DNA from: Halorussus marinus
GTDB lineage: Archaea; Halobacteriota; Halobacteria; Halobacteriales; Haladaptataceae
Direction of reading: 5' to 3'
NCBI RefSeq assembly: GCF_004765795.1
Contig: NZ_SBIV01000001.1
Span: 62,001 to 126,000, forward strand
Length of the DNA: 64,000 nt
Part shown: positions 9,481-19,954 of the stretch, in pieces
Numbering within the stretch: position 1 is the first letter of the stretch
Layout of the letters: every line of letters begins with the position of its first letter
Notes under the pieces: model-generated
The model's input: the letters and a program-made list of their open reading frames with translations, nothing else
Databases searched by the model: none
Told to the model about the DNA's origin: nothing
Position numbers and translations under genes: made by a program

Positions 9481-10847
9481 ACGAACGGGGGTGTGACGTC
9501 GGGCGCGGACACGATCCAGAGGCTACTCATGGTGTAGAGGACCATCACGACGACGAACGGGTACTGGCTCCGGACCGCCTGCAGGCGGCCGGGAAACACC
9601 TCGTAGGCGGTCGCGTGGGCGACCCAGACCGCCACGAGGTGGCCGACGAGCACGAACGCCACCGCGAGCCCGCCGAACCAGCCGGGGAGCACGATCAACA
9701 CCGGATTGAGCGGCGGCGACAGCGGGCTGGTCACCGCGGCGGTCAGCGCGGGCGATAGCGAGAGGAAGTATCCGAGGAAGTGCGCGAGGTGGTAGCCGGC
9801 CGCGATCGGGAGCAGCGAGGGTGCGAACCGGCGTGCGATCGCGTCGGGGGTGAGGTAGGTCTCGGCGGTCTCGCGCGCGGACCGCGAGGCGAGGCGGTAG
9901 GCGCCGAGGAACGCGGCGAACCCGATCAACAGCCCCGCGGGGTAGACCGCGACCGCGGGCACCCCGAGTCCGACGGCGCCGCGGGCGAGGTCGGCCCAGA
10001 CGGGCGTCCCGACGAAGCCGTCGTAGGTGGTCACCCACAGGAGCGCGACGACGAACGCGATCTCGTCGCGGCCGTCGACGAGACGGGGCTCGGTCAGCGC
10101 CGCGCCGGGCGGCCGGAGTTCGAGGCGGTCGTCGGTGCGCTGGAGCGGGGCGACCCGGCCGTAGTACCGGAACACCCGCGAGACGGGGTCGACGCGGTCG
10201 AACCACGCGTCCGAGCCGTAGACGGCGGCGCCGGCGAGCGTCGCGACCGAGTAGCCGACGACGACGCCCGCGAGCAGTCGCGGCTCGTCGGCCAGCGGGC
10301 TCACGACTTCGAGCCAGATGAGCGCGAGCAGTCCGACCACGCTTGGCCACGCGCCGAACCGCTCGGGGTACGCGCGGTCGAGCGACGGGAGCCATTCGGC
10401 GAGCGCCCGCCAGGGGTTGAGCGCGGGCCAACTGTTGCCCAGTAGGTAGACGGTCGCGACGTAGCCCGCCCACCAGCCGACCCACACTACCAGTATCGCG
10501 GCGTTGCGGAGCGGGTCGGTCGGGCCGAGGAAGCCGACGGCCACGACGCCGAACAGCGCGACCACCGACACCGCTCTGGTCGCGCGCCGGGCGACCGCCA
10601 GCGGGGCGTCCGCGACCCGGCGCCACTCGTGGACCGCCCGGATGAACGCCCGGTCGGTCACGAAGCTGGCGAGCAGGAACGACGCGCCCACCACCCCGCC
10701 GCCGGTCAGCAAGAACAGCCACGTCGGGATCGAGAGCGACCCCGTGGCCGCCCGCAAGCTCCCGCCGTGGGCGAGCGCCCGCCCGACGAACCCGACCGTC
10801 GTCGCGAGCGCGACGCCGAGGCCGCGCCGGAGCCACCGCGTTCTCAT
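9477..10847 (-). CDS. Multi-pass membrane protein of unknown function
   Basis: ATG at 10847, signal-like N-terminus ending ALAHG, many TM helices, GYHLAH motif. Confidence 0.8.
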   Translation of the reverse strand: MRTRWLRRGLGVALATTVGFVGRALAHGGSLRAATGSLSIPTWLFLLTGGGVVGASFLLASFVTDRAFIRAVHEWRRVADAPLAVARRATRAVSVVALFGVVAVGFLGPTDPLRNAAILVVWVGWWAGYVATVYLLGNSWPALNPWRALAEWLPSLDRAYPERFGAWPSVVGLLALIWLEVVSPLADEPRLLAGVVVGYSVATLAGAAVYGSDAWFDRVDPVSRVFRYYGRVAPLQRTDDRLELRPPGAALTEPRLVDGRDEIAFVVALLWVTTYDGFVGTPVWADLARGAVGLGVPAVAVYPAGLLIGFAAFLGAYRLASRSARETAETYLTPDAIARRFAPSLLPIAAGYHLAHFLGYFLSLSPALTAAVTSPLSPPLNPVLIVLPGWFGGLAVAFVLVGHLVAVWVAHATAYEVFPGRLQAVRSQYPFVVVMVLYTMSSLWIVSAPDVTPPFV

Positions 10848-10941
10848 GACCGACGCTTGGGCCGAGGCGAACTTGGAGCTTCCGACTCCCAGACGGCACC
10901 GGGGCGCCGGCAAGGTTTTACCGGACGGGGTGGTACGAGGC

Positions 10942-11205
10942 GTGGGGGTTATCGTGGAACGTCAAGGCACACCGACAGGACCAGACGAGCGAGGCCAGCA
11001 CGATCCGACCGAGCCGGCCCAGCCCGAGGACATCGCGGAGATGGACATCACCGAGCCCACAGTGACGTGGCTCGAACTGTCCCATCCCCAACAGCCGATC
11101 CCGATCGGCGAGAAAGACCGCGTGCTGGACAGCCACTTCAACGAGCAGTACGACGTGTGGGAAGTGCTGTTAGTCGCGCTTCCCGAGGAAGAGGACGACG
11201 AGTAG
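10942..11205 (+). CDS. Small acidic hypothetical protein
   Basis: Acidic composition; start could be GTG 10942 or ATG 11041. Confidence 0.6.
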   Translation: MGVIVERQGTPTGPDERGQHDPTEPAQPEDIAEMDITEPTVTWLELSHPQQPIPIGEKDRVLDSHFNEQYDVWEVLLVALPEEEDDE

Positions 11206-11466
11206 CTACAGCATCTCCTTGTCTTTCAGGCCCTGAATCAGGTCCTCGACCAGCGTGTCGACGTCGTCGTAGGGGAAGTCCTGCGCGTCGGACATCTTCG
11301 TGGACAGCTCCATCGCGGTGAAGCTCACGTCGCCGGCCTCGAACTTCGTGCCCGGCCCGTCGGGGAGCGCGGGCACCAGATCCATCGGATTGGTGACCGG
11401 GTAGTCTGCGCCCTCGAAGGCGTCTGTGAACTGCGACCGGAGCTCGGCTTCGGTTTCGTCTGCCAT
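11206..11466 (-). CDS. MTH865-like family protein
   Basis: AFEGADYPV...LVPALPDGPGT...DFPY pattern. Confidence 0.85.
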   Translation of the reverse strand: MADETEAELRSQFTDAFEGADYPVTNPMDLVPALPDGPGTKFEAGDVSFTAMELSTKMSDAQDFPYDDVDTLVEDLIQGLKDKEML

Positions 11467-11616
11467 ACCCGTCCAATGTGTCGTTCCGGGCAAAAACGTT
11501 CCGGAACAACCGAAAACTCATTGTGTGTTTATTCGTCGACGGGCCGCCTGCCCCGTGTGGGTTCGCGGCCAGTGGACACTTCTCGGTCTGGCCGGTAGGT
11601 GTCGGCGGGTGGGACC

Positions 11617-12198
11617 GTGACACCGCTACCTGCACTCATCGACATCCGCGACGACCTCGCACGAGCGATCGAGGAGACCGACGGGGACGACGACCTGCGA
11701 TCGGAGCTTCGGACGGTGAGCGACCGGCTCGACGCCTTCGAGGAGCGCGACCGCGCCGACCGCGGCGGCATCGTCGACGAAGTCGACAATCAACTGCTCC
11801 GGGTCGAAGAACGACTCGACGACGAGGCGGCCGCCCGCGCGGTGCAGTCGGCGCGCAATCGGCTCCACATCTACCGCGAGAGCCGCCAGCAGACCGACGC
11901 GAACCTCGCGGTCGTCGATTCGACCGTCCGGGATTCTGGCGGTCCCGGTGCCGACGAGGTGGTCCCGGTCGGGGAGGTAACGGTGGCCGTCACCGTCGCC
12001 AACACGGGCGCGGACACCGAAATCGTCCCGATCGTCACGTTCTACGACGATCGGGCCGCCGAGGTGGAGTCGGTCCGGGGGCCGGAGTTCGCCCTTGCGG
12101 GCGGCGAGCAAGCACAGTTCGAGTTCGACGCGGACGCGCCCGCGGACGCGACCACACATGCGATCTCGATTTCGGACACCGGGGAGGTGCGAACGTAG
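11617..12198 (+). CDS. Hypothetical protein (helical N-domain, beta-rich C-domain)
   Basis: Acidic ORF with host-like codon bias; GTG start inferred. Confidence 0.7.
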   Translation: MTPLPALIDIRDDLARAIEETDGDDDLRSELRTVSDRLDAFEERDRADRGGIVDEVDNQLLRVEERLDDEAAARAVQSARNRLHIYRESRQQTDANLAVVDSTVRDSGGPGADEVVPVGEVTVAVTVANTGADTEIVPIVTFYDDRAAEVESVRGPEFALAGGEQAQFEFDADAPADATTHAISISDTGEVRT

Positions 12199-12297
12199 CA
12201 GGTCGCCGGCGCCGGCGCTCGTTTCGAGGGACGACGCGGTCGGGCGCCGAAAGGTCGGATCGAAAGTATAGAGTACCCGCCACCGCTACCATCACGC

Positions 12298-12888
12298 ATG
12301 ACGAACACGGAATCGAGCGAGTCGGTCACTCGCCGCGGCTTCATGCGGACCGCCACGGGCGCAGCGGCGGCCGCGGGGGCGGCCGGAACCGCAGCGGCGC
12401 AAGACGAGGGCGGCGAGGAATCGGGCGGCGGCGGCGGTGGCGGGGCCACGAAGGAAGTGACCGTCGGCCCCGGCGGCGACCTCGTGTTCGAACCCGCCGA
12501 GATCGAGATCCAGCCCGGGACGACCGTCAAGTGGGTCTGGGACTCGGACAACCACAACGTGGTCGCCGACTCGACGCCCGAGGGCGCGGACTGGGAGGGG
12601 ACCGAAGGCGGCGACAGCGAGACGTACAACACCGGCCACGAGTACAGCCACACTTTCGAGATCGAAGGCGACTACGAGTATTACTGTACGCCCCACCGGA
12701 GCGCGGGCATGGTCGGGACGATCACGGTGTCGCCCGACGCGGGCGGGGGCGGCGAGGCGGCCGGGCCGGCCATCCCGTCGACAGCCAAGACCCTCGGCGT
12801 CGCGACGACCGCCGCGATGGTGTTCACGCTCGGACTCGCGTACTTCTTCCTCAAGTACGGCGGCGATTACGGCGACGCCGGCGAGTAA
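12298..12888 (+). CDS. Halocyanin-like blue copper protein with Tat signal and C-terminal anchor
   Basis: TRRGFM Tat motif; HNV and YYCTPH...M copper ligands; C-terminal TM. Confidence 0.92.
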   Translation: MTNTESSESVTRRGFMRTATGAAAAAGAAGTAAAQDEGGEESGGGGGGGATKEVTVGPGGDLVFEPAEIEIQPGTTVKWVWDSDNHNVVADSTPEGADWEGTEGGDSETYNTGHEYSHTFEIEGDYEYYCTPHRSAGMVGTITVSPDAGGGGEAAGPAIPSTAKTLGVATTAAMVFTLGLAYFFLKYGGDYGDAGE

Positions 12889-13419
12889 TCACACGGCGTC
12901 GGGGGCCTCGTGAAGCGTCAGCTCGACCGCTCGGGGCTCGCCTTCGAGGTCCGCGACGATGCGCTCGACCACCCGCTCTGCTTCCTGTAACACGATCGGT
13001 TTCACCTTCTCGACGACCCAACTCAGCGAGACGAGCCGCGGCAGATCGAGCATGTCGGAACTCGCCGAGTCGGCGTCGAACCGGATGACGAGCCGGACCC
13101 GCGAGGCCGACCCGCGGTCGGGCGGCGCCTCGTCGGGCGCGGGTTCGACGACCCAGCGCCCGTGGGCGTTCAGGTCCTTGACGAGCCGCCAATCGATGGT
13201 GTTCGGGCGGTCGAGTTCGGTCACCGCCGACCGGACGGTGTATTCGAGTTTCCACCACGAGAGGCGGATGTCGTACTCGGTTCCCGGACCGCCGTCGCCG
13301 TGCCGATCGACGCCGTCGAGGTGGTTCGAGTAATCGGCGTACCCCTCGAAGTCCGCGAGAAAATCGTAGGCCTCCTCGGGCGGCACGTAGACGACGGTGC
13401 TGATTTCGACGCTGTCCAC
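12889..13419 (-). CDS. SRPBCC/START family protein
   Basis: VEISTVVYVPPEEAYDFLADF N-terminus typical of the fold. Confidence 0.8.
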   Translation of the reverse strand: MDSVEISTVVYVPPEEAYDFLADFEGYADYSNHLDGVDRHGDGGPGTEYDIRLSWWKLEYTVRSAVTELDRPNTIDWRLVKDLNAHGRWVVEPAPDEAPPDRGSASRVRLVIRFDADSASSDMLDLPRLVSLSWVVEKVKPIVLQEAERVVERIVADLEGEPRAVELTLHEAPDAV

Positions 13420-13491
13420 GCTGGGGCCTTCGGGTGAGCGGAGCCTAAAAGTTCCGGCGAGCGGCGGGGATCGGCGGCGGGGGACCGCGAC

Positions 13492-13857
13492 TCAGGCGTT
13501 CAGCTCCGAGGCCCGTCGCCCCGAGGTCCGACCGGCGTCGGAGTCCGAGATCGACGCCAGATACGGTTCGAGGTCGCTGACCCCGTCGGTGAGTTCGACC
13601 GTGCCGCGCTCGGAGTCGTACTCGACGACGCCCGCGTCCGCGAGCTTTGGCAGGTGGGTGTGGCGCAGGGATAACGCGACGGTCGAGGCGTCGGGGTCGC
13701 CCAGCCAGGTCGCGATGCGTTCGGCCAGCGCTTCGACGGACGTCTCCGTCCCCCGGTCGGCCGCGTAGAGGACGCCCCGGCGGCGGGCGCTCGACAGCAG
13801 TTCGAAAGCCGCGCTTACGTCGTCGGCACGTTCGTCGGCGAGGGCGTATTCGGGCAT
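13492..13857 (-). CDS. Winged helix-turn-helix protein (haloarchaeal ArsR-like)
   Basis: FELLSSARRR...LRHTHLPKLADAGVVEYD. Confidence 0.85.
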   Translation of the reverse strand: MPEYALADERADDVSAAFELLSSARRRGVLYAADRGTETSVEALAERIATWLGDPDASTVALSLRHTHLPKLADAGVVEYDSERGTVELTDGVSDLEPYLASISDSDAGRTSGRRASELNA

Positions 13858-14058
13858 ACAGTGTGACGGTGACGCCGAGGGTATATCAACTGGGTCCACG
13901 TTCCCGGTGCGTTCGGTGCGTTCTGCCGGACCGTTGCAACCGTTTCAAGGATTCCTTTCAGTTTATTATCTCTCTGTTTCCGCGGCGTAGCGCCCCGATT
14001 CGGGAGTCGCCGACCCGAACCCCCTCCCATTTAACGTGGGCCGGCCCCAAGATCCGCC

Positions 14059-15249
14059 ATGCTCGCGGGAGTCAACGTCGCGGTGGGCGTGACCGGCAGT
14101 ATCGCGGCGGTGAAGGTAGTCGAGTTGGCCCACGAACTCCGGAGGCGGGGCGCCGCTGTCCGGGCGGTGATGACCGACAGCGCCGCCGGAATCGTCCACC
14201 CGTGGGCGGTCGAGTTCGCGACCGACGCGCCCGTCGTCACCGAGATCACCGGCGGCGTCGAGCACGTCGACCTCTGCGGACGCGACGGGTGGGCAGACGT
14301 GTTCCTGATCGCGCCAGCGACCGCCAACACCGTCGGCAAGGTGGCGGCCGCGATCGACGATACGCCGGTCACGACGACCGCGACCACCGCGCTCGGCGCG
14401 GATCTGCCGGTCGTCGTCGCGCCCGCGATGCACGAACCGATGTACGACCATCCGGGCGTGCTCGACGCGATCGAGCGCGTCGAGTCGTGGGGCGTCGAGT
14501 TCGTCGCCCCTCGGATCGAGGAGGGAAAGGCCAAGATCGCGACTGCCGACGCGATCGCGCTGGCGGTCGCACGCGCGGCCGCCCCGGACGCCCTCTCGGG
14601 CGCGCACGTAACGATCACTACCGGGGCGACCGCCGAACCGATCGACCCCGTGCGCGTGCTGACCAACCGATCGTCGGGCAAGACCGGCCGGGCGGTCGCC
14701 CGCGCCTGCTACGCGCTCGGTGCGGACGTGACGCTGGTCCATGGCCCGGTCGGCCCCCACCCGGTCGACCGCGAGACGATCGGCGGCCCGATCCCGTACG
14801 CCGATCTCGTCTCGGTCGAATCCGCCGCGGAGATGCTCGGGGCGGTCCGGGAGTCGGTCGCCGAGGGCACGGACGCGCTCGTCTCGGCGGCCGCGATCGC
14901 CGACTACACCGTCGACCCCGCCGACGAGAAGCTCCGCTCGGGTCGAGAGCGATCGCTCGATCTCGCGCCCACGCCGAAGCTCATCGACGAGATCCGGGCC
15001 GACAGCGACCTCCCGATCGTCGGCTTCAAGGCCGAGACCGCCGGCGACGACGCCGCGATGGTCGAGCGCGCCCGCGAGACGCTCCGGCGCGCGGACCTCT
15101 CGTTCGTGGTCGCGAACGACGCCAGCGTGATGGGCGGCGACGAGACCCGAGCGCTTTTCGTCCGCGAGCACAGCGTCCGGACCTACGAGGGCTCGAAGGC
15201 CCAACTGGGTCGGGCGGTCGCCGACGGGATCGCCGCCGAACTCGACTGA
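14059..15249 (+). CDS. coaBC: Phosphopantothenoylcysteine decarboxylase / phosphopantothenate--cysteine ligase
   Basis: GVTGSIAA, APATANT, PAMH, EPIDPVRVLTNRSSG, VGFKAET. Confidence 0.96.
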   Translation: MLAGVNVAVGVTGSIAAVKVVELAHELRRRGAAVRAVMTDSAAGIVHPWAVEFATDAPVVTEITGGVEHVDLCGRDGWADVFLIAPATANTVGKVAAAIDDTPVTTTATTALGADLPVVVAPAMHEPMYDHPGVLDAIERVESWGVEFVAPRIEEGKAKIATADAIALAVARAAAPDALSGAHVTITTGATAEPIDPVRVLTNRSSGKTGRAVARACYALGADVTLVHGPVGPHPVDRETIGGPIPYADLVSVESAAEMLGAVRESVAEGTDALVSAAAIADYTVDPADEKLRSGRERSLDLAPTPKLIDEIRADSDLPIVGFKAETAGDDAAMVERARETLRRADLSFVVANDASVMGGDETRALFVREHSVRTYEGSKAQLGRAVADGIAAELD

Positions 15250-15425
15250 CCTGCCGGCGGCCCGGTCCGGTCGCGCGATTCGCGATCCGGCCGTGCCACC
15301 GGGTCTCGGGAAACCGAAGCAATCTTTATACACTGGCTACCCTTTTCAGATAGGACTCTCACGATGGTCGGCCACCTACCGGTGTATCGTCGTTCCGGAC
15401 GAATCAGTTCGAGCGGCCCACTCCG

Positions 15426-16475
15426 ATGACGGGGACCCAGATTCTGGTCCCGGTTCGGGATTCGGTCACGCTCCGCAACACGGTGGCGTACGCCGCCGAG
15501 AGCGCCGTCGACGCCGAGCCGGGCGCGGCCCCGACGCTTCACTTCGTCTATCCGGTCTCCGAGCGGGTCACGGTCGGTGACCCGCCCGAGGACGCGACCG
15601 AGCTGCTCGATCGGGTCCGCGCGTGGGTCGCCGAGGACCTCGGCGACAACGCGGCGTCGATCGGCGTCGAGACCGCGCTGGTCGGCCCCGACGAGTACCT
15701 GTTCAACCCCGGCGACTACGCCGACGTGTTGGGCCGGTACGCCGCCGAAAACGACGTCGAAACCGTGGTGCTCGACCCCGAATTCAACCCCTCGGGGATG
15801 ACGCCGCTGTTGCCGCCCCTGGAGACCGAACTCGAACGCGCGGGCCTCGCGGTCGAGATCGCGCCGGTCGAGCGACCGACCCGGCGGTTCCCGCTCGCCC
15901 GCCGCGCGGGGCTCGGCCAGTTCGCGGTGCTGTTCGGGTGGGCGTACGGCTTCTATCTGCTCGTCGGGGGAACGCTGTCGACCTTCGATCTGGCGACCGG
16001 CGCGATAAGCGGCCTCGTAGTCGCCGGGCTCCTCTGGCGGATCTCGCTCAGCGGGTTCGTCGACGTGTCGCGGCTCGCGGGGCGGCTCGGACGTCTGGTG
16101 GTGTACGCGCCGTTCCTGCTGTGGGAGATCGCGAAGGCCAACTTCCAGATCGCGTACGTCGTCCTTCACCCGGACCTCCCGATCGACCCCGAGGTCGTCG
16201 AGTTCGACGCCGCGGTGTGGTCGGAGCTCCCGGTGACGACGCTGGCGAACAGCATCACCCTCACCCCGGGGACGCTCACGATCGACGTCTCCCGGCGCCA
16301 CTTCACGGTACACGCGCTCACCGACGGCGCGCGCGAGGACCTGCTCGGCGGGACCCTAGAGCGGGCGGTCCGGTTCGTCTTCTACGGCCGGTCGGCAGCT
16401 CGCATCCCGAGCCCCGCCGAGCGCGACGCCGACTCGGACGACGCCGAGCGACCGACGGAAGGTGAGAACGCGTGA
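15426..16475 (+). CDS. mrpE: Mrp antiporter subunit E with N-terminal USP-like extension
   Basis: LANSITLTPGTLTID motif; about 160-aa soluble N-terminal domain. Confidence 0.9.
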   Translation: MTGTQILVPVRDSVTLRNTVAYAAESAVDAEPGAAPTLHFVYPVSERVTVGDPPEDATELLDRVRAWVAEDLGDNAASIGVETALVGPDEYLFNPGDYADVLGRYAAENDVETVVLDPEFNPSGMTPLLPPLETELERAGLAVEIAPVERPTRRFPLARRAGLGQFAVLFGWAYGFYLLVGGTLSTFDLATGAISGLVVAGLLWRISLSGFVDVSRLAGRLGRLVVYAPFLLWEIAKANFQIAYVVLHPDLPIDPEVVEFDAAVWSELPVTTLANSITLTPGTLTIDVSRRHFTVHALTDGAREDLLGGTLERAVRFVFYGRSAARIPSPAERDADSDDAERPTEGENA

Positions 16476-16747
16476 CGTTCATCAGTACCGCGCTGTTGAC
16501 GGCCGCCGGTGCGTTCGTCCTCGTCTCGCTGGCGGTCGTCTACCGGCTGGTCCGGGGGCCGACGATGCAGGACCGCGTCATCGCGGTCAACGTCATCGGC
16601 ACGAACACCGTCATCGTGATCGCGCTCGTCGCGGCCGCCCTCGGCGAGTCGTCGGCGCTCGACATCGCGATCGTCTACGCGCTGTTGAACTTCCTGATGA
16701 GCATCGCCATCTCGAAGTTCACGGTCGAGCGGGGTGGTGTGCTGTGA
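16472..16747 (+). CDS. mrpF: Mrp antiporter subunit F
   Basis: RLVRGPTMQDRVIA; GTGA overlap with the previous gene. Confidence 0.9.
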   Translation: MTFISTALLTAAGAFVLVSLAVVYRLVRGPTMQDRVIAVNVIGTNTVIVIALVAAALGESSALDIAIVYALLNFLMSIAISKFTVERGGVL

Positions 16748-17061
16748 CGCCCCGAGAGATCGCGATCGCCCTGCTCGCGGCCGGCGGGGTGTTCTTCGCG
16801 TTCGTGGCCGCCGTCGGCATCCTCCGACTGCCCGACCTCTACACCCGCTCGCACAGCGCCTCGAAGAGCGATACCCTCGCGGCCGGCCTCTCGCTGGCCG
16901 CGGTGGCGCTGACGTTCGGCTCCGACCTCTCGACGATCAAGGCACTGCTGTTGTTGTTGTTCATGTTCATCACGAACCCGACCGCCGCCCACGCCATCGC
17001 GCGGGCGGCCGCCGAAGAAGGTATCGAGCCGTGGACCCGCGAGGAGGAGGTGGACGAATGA
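16744..17061 (+). CDS. mrpG: Mrp antiporter subunit G
   Basis: GILRLPDLYTRSH...NPTAAHAIARAA; GTGA overlap. Confidence 0.9.
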   Translation: MTPREIAIALLAAGGVFFAFVAAVGILRLPDLYTRSHSASKSDTLAAGLSLAAVALTFGSDLSTIKALLLLLFMFITNPTAAHAIARAAAEEGIEPWTREEEVDE

Positions 17062-17591
17062 TCGGCCTGGAGTTTGCGCTGCTCGGATTCGTCTTCGCCT
17101 GCGCGCTCGCGACCGCGGTGTTGCGGGACGTGCTCGGCTCCATCATCGCGTTTGCGGCGTACAGCCTCGGGATCGCGATCATCTGGGTCGTGTTGCAGGC
17201 CCCCGACGTCGGGCTCACCGAGGCCGCGGTCGGTGCGGGCGTGACCACGGTCCTGTTCTTGCTGACGATCACCAAGACCGTGCGGCCGTCGGGCGAGCGC
17301 ACGCTCGAACGTCTCGACCTGCCCGCGCTTGGCGTCTCCGTCGTGCTGGTTGGCGTGCTCGCGACCACGCTCGGGGCGCTCCCACCGATCGGCGGCGCCG
17401 AGACCCCGGTCGCCACCTCCGAAGTGACCGGCTACTACCTCGAACACGCCTACAAGGAGGCCGGCGTGAAAAACGCCGTCACCGCGGTGCTTGCGGCTTA
17501 TCGAGGGTTCGACACCCTCGGCGAGGCGGTCGTGGTCTACTCGGCGGGGGTCGGAATCCTGGTCGTGCTCCAGCGGGAGGTGTTCGCATGA
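17058..17591 (+). CDS. Mrp antiporter subunit B-related, first part
   Basis: APDVGLTEAAVGAG and NAVTAVLAAYRGFDTLGE; ATGA overlap; GGAGGTG ribosome-binding site. Confidence 0.88.
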   Translation: MIGLEFALLGFVFACALATAVLRDVLGSIIAFAAYSLGIAIIWVVLQAPDVGLTEAAVGAGVTTVLFLLTITKTVRPSGERTLERLDLPALGVSVVLVGVLATTLGALPPIGGAETPVATSEVTGYYLEHAYKEAGVKNAVTAVLAAYRGFDTLGEAVVVYSAGVGILVVLQREVFA

Positions 17592-18073
17592 GCGACGCCC
17601 ACCCGACCGAGGCCGACGCCGAGGCGGAGCCGACCGAACGGGGGGCCTACGTCGAGAGTCCGATCATCATGGCGACGGTGCGAGTCGTCGCGCCGTTCGT
17701 GTTCACGTTCGGGCTGTTCATCATGTTCCACGGCGCCGACTCGTCGGGCGGGGGCTTCCAGGGCGGGGTCATCGTCGGCACCGTCATCCTGATGCTCGGC
17801 ATCGCGTTCGGCATCGAGCCGACCCGCGAGTGGGTCGACCCCTCGACGCTGGTGGCGATCGTCGGGGTCGGGACGCTCGGGTTCGTCTCGATCGGCGTCG
17901 CGACGGTCGCGCTGGGCGGGGCCTTCCTCGACTACCCGGCGTTCGGCATCCATCACGCGAGCAAGTACGGCATCGAACTCGTGGAACTGCTCATCGGCGT
18001 CATCGTCGCCGGCATCATCACCGGGCTGTTTTTCGCCATCGCCGGCGGGATGGAGGGAGGTGAGTCGGCGTGA
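17588..18073 (+). CDS. mrpB: Mrp antiporter subunit B (MnhB domain)
   Basis: HGADSSGGGFQGG motif. Confidence 0.88.
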   Translation: MSDAHPTEADAEAEPTERGAYVESPIIMATVRVVAPFVFTFGLFIMFHGADSSGGGFQGGVIVGTVILMLGIAFGIEPTREWVDPSTLVAIVGVGTLGFVSIGVATVALGGAFLDYPAFGIHHASKYGIELVELLIGVIVAGIITGLFFAIAGGMEGGESA

Positions 18074-18426
18074 TCGACGTGATCGCCACCCGGTACTACT
18101 ATCTGGCGACGTTCCTGCTGTTGGGCGTCGGTACGTACATGATGATCGGCAACCGCAACATCGTCAAGAAGGTGATCGGCGTGAACATCTTCCAGACCGG
18201 CATCTTCCTGTTCTTCATCGCGTCGGCGTACCTCGAGGGCGCGAACCCGCCGGTGCTGACGACCGAGGCGCCCCACGTCAGCCCGTTGCCCCACGTCCTC
18301 ATCCTGACCGCCATCGTCGTCGGGGTGAGCCTCACCGCGGTCGCGCTGGGGCTGGTCGTGCGCATCTACGACGAGTACGGCACCCTCGACGCCGACACCC
18401 TCTGGGAGGTGCGAGCCGATGAGTGA
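18070..18426 (+). CDS. mrpC: Mrp antiporter subunit C
   Basis: SPLPHVLILTAIVVG motif. Confidence 0.92.
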   Translation: MIDVIATRYYYLATFLLLGVGTYMMIGNRNIVKKVIGVNIFQTGIFLFFIASAYLEGANPPVLTTEAPHVSPLPHVLILTAIVVGVSLTAVALGLVVRIYDEYGTLDADTLWEVRADE

Positions 18427-19951
18427 CCTCGTTCCGTTCGCGGTCGCCGTACCGATCGTCGGATCGGTGCTCGCGTTGCTCGCCGGACTCGTCCGATCGA
18501 AAAGCGGGTGGCCCGTCGCGGTCGTCGCCTCGGCCGTCCACGTCGGCGTCGCGGCCGAACTCGCCCGGCGCGCGCTCTTCGAGGGGACGGTCAGATACGT
18601 CGTCGGCGGCTTCGAAGTCCCCTACGGCATCGAACTCGTCGTCGACGGGCTGTCGGCGACGGTGCTCGGACTGGTGGCGGTGGTCTCGCTGGGCGTACTC
18701 GCCTACGCCCGCGTCGCGGGGCCTCGCTCGAACCCCTTCTACGCGGCCTACCTGCTGTTGGTCGCGGGGCTGACCGGGCTGACGATCACCGGCGACCTGT
18801 TCAACATGTACGTCTTCCTCGAGATCACGGGGCTGGCGGCGTACGTGGTCGTCGCCAGCGGCGACGGCGGCCGGTCGGCGGTCGCGGCGCTCCGGTACCT
18901 GCTGATCGGCACCGTCGGGGCGTCGCTGTTCTTGCTGGGGCTCGGCTACGCCTACATCGCCACCGGGACGCTCAACATGGGCGACCTCGCGACCCTGCTG
19001 GCCGAGTACGGCCACACCACGACGCTCGTCCAGACGGCGTTCGCGTTCGTCGTGGTCGGCCTGCTCATCAAGATCGCGGTGTTCCCGCTCCACACCTGGC
19101 AGCCCGAAGCGTACGCCGCCTCGCCGGACTCGGTCAGCGGCCTGATCTCGGCGCTGGTGTCGACGGTGTCGGCCTACGCGCTGATCCGGGTGGTCTACAC
19201 CGTCTTCACCCCGGAGTTCCTCGCGGCCAACCCGCTCGCGCGGGACCTGCTCGGGGTCGCCGCGGCGGTCAGCATCGTCGCCGGGAGCGTGCTCGCGGTC
19301 GCCCAGACCGAGGTCAAGCGGATGTTGGCCTACTCGTCGGTCGCCCAGTACGGGCTCGTGATCGCGGGCGTCTCGCTCGTCAACGAGACCGCGATGATCG
19401 GGGCGCTCGTCCACCTCGTCGGCCACGCGATCATGAAAGGCGGGCTCTTTCTGACCGCGGGGCTGGTCGCGACCGCGACCGGCGCGCGCACGGTCGACGA
19501 CTACGAGGGGCTGGCCGAGCGGCTCCCGGCGGGCGCGACCGCGTTCGGCGTGCTCGCGCTCGCGATGGTCGGAATCCCGCCCGCGGTCGGCTTCGTCGGC
19601 AAGTGGTACATCGCGCTCGGCGCGGTCGAAACCGAGTCGTGGGTGCTGACCGCGGTCATCGTCGGGAGCACGCTGTTGACGCTGGCGTACTTCGCCCGAC
19701 TTGTCGAGCGGATGTTCTTCCGCGAGACCCCGGTCGCCGCCGGCGACGCGGAGGCGGCCCGCGACGACGCAGACGTCGGCGCCGACGTGACCGCCGCCGA
19801 CGGCGGCGACCGACTGCCCGCTCCGGGGACCGTCTCGCTCGGGATGTACGCGGTCGTCGTCGCGGCGGCCGCGCTGGCGGTCGCGCTCGGCGCGGCCGTC
19901 TTCGAGTACGCAGCGCTCGTCGAACCGACCGTGACCAGTCTCCTCTCCTGA
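18419..19951 (+). CDS. mrpD: Mrp antiporter subunit D family, copy 1
   Basis: DLFNMYVFLE, FPLHTWQPEAY, KRMLAYSS. Confidence 0.92.
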   Translation: MSDLVPFAVAVPIVGSVLALLAGLVRSKSGWPVAVVASAVHVGVAAELARRALFEGTVRYVVGGFEVPYGIELVVDGLSATVLGLVAVVSLGVLAYARVAGPRSNPFYAAYLLLVAGLTGLTITGDLFNMYVFLEITGLAAYVVVASGDGGRSAVAALRYLLIGTVGASLFLLGLGYAYIATGTLNMGDLATLLAEYGHTTTLVQTAFAFVVVGLLIKIAVFPLHTWQPEAYAASPDSVSGLISALVSTVSAYALIRVVYTVFTPEFLAANPLARDLLGVAAAVSIVAGSVLAVAQTEVKRMLAYSSVAQYGLVIAGVSLVNETAMIGALVHLVGHAIMKGGLFLTAGLVATATGARTVDDYEGLAERLPAGATAFGVLALAMVGIPPAVGFVGKWYIALGAVETESWVLTAVIVGSTLLTLAYFARLVERMFFRETPVAAGDAEAARDDADVGADVTAADGGDRLPAPGTVSLGMYAVVVAAAALAVALGAAVFEYAALVEPTVTSLLS

Positions 19952-19954
19952 ACA

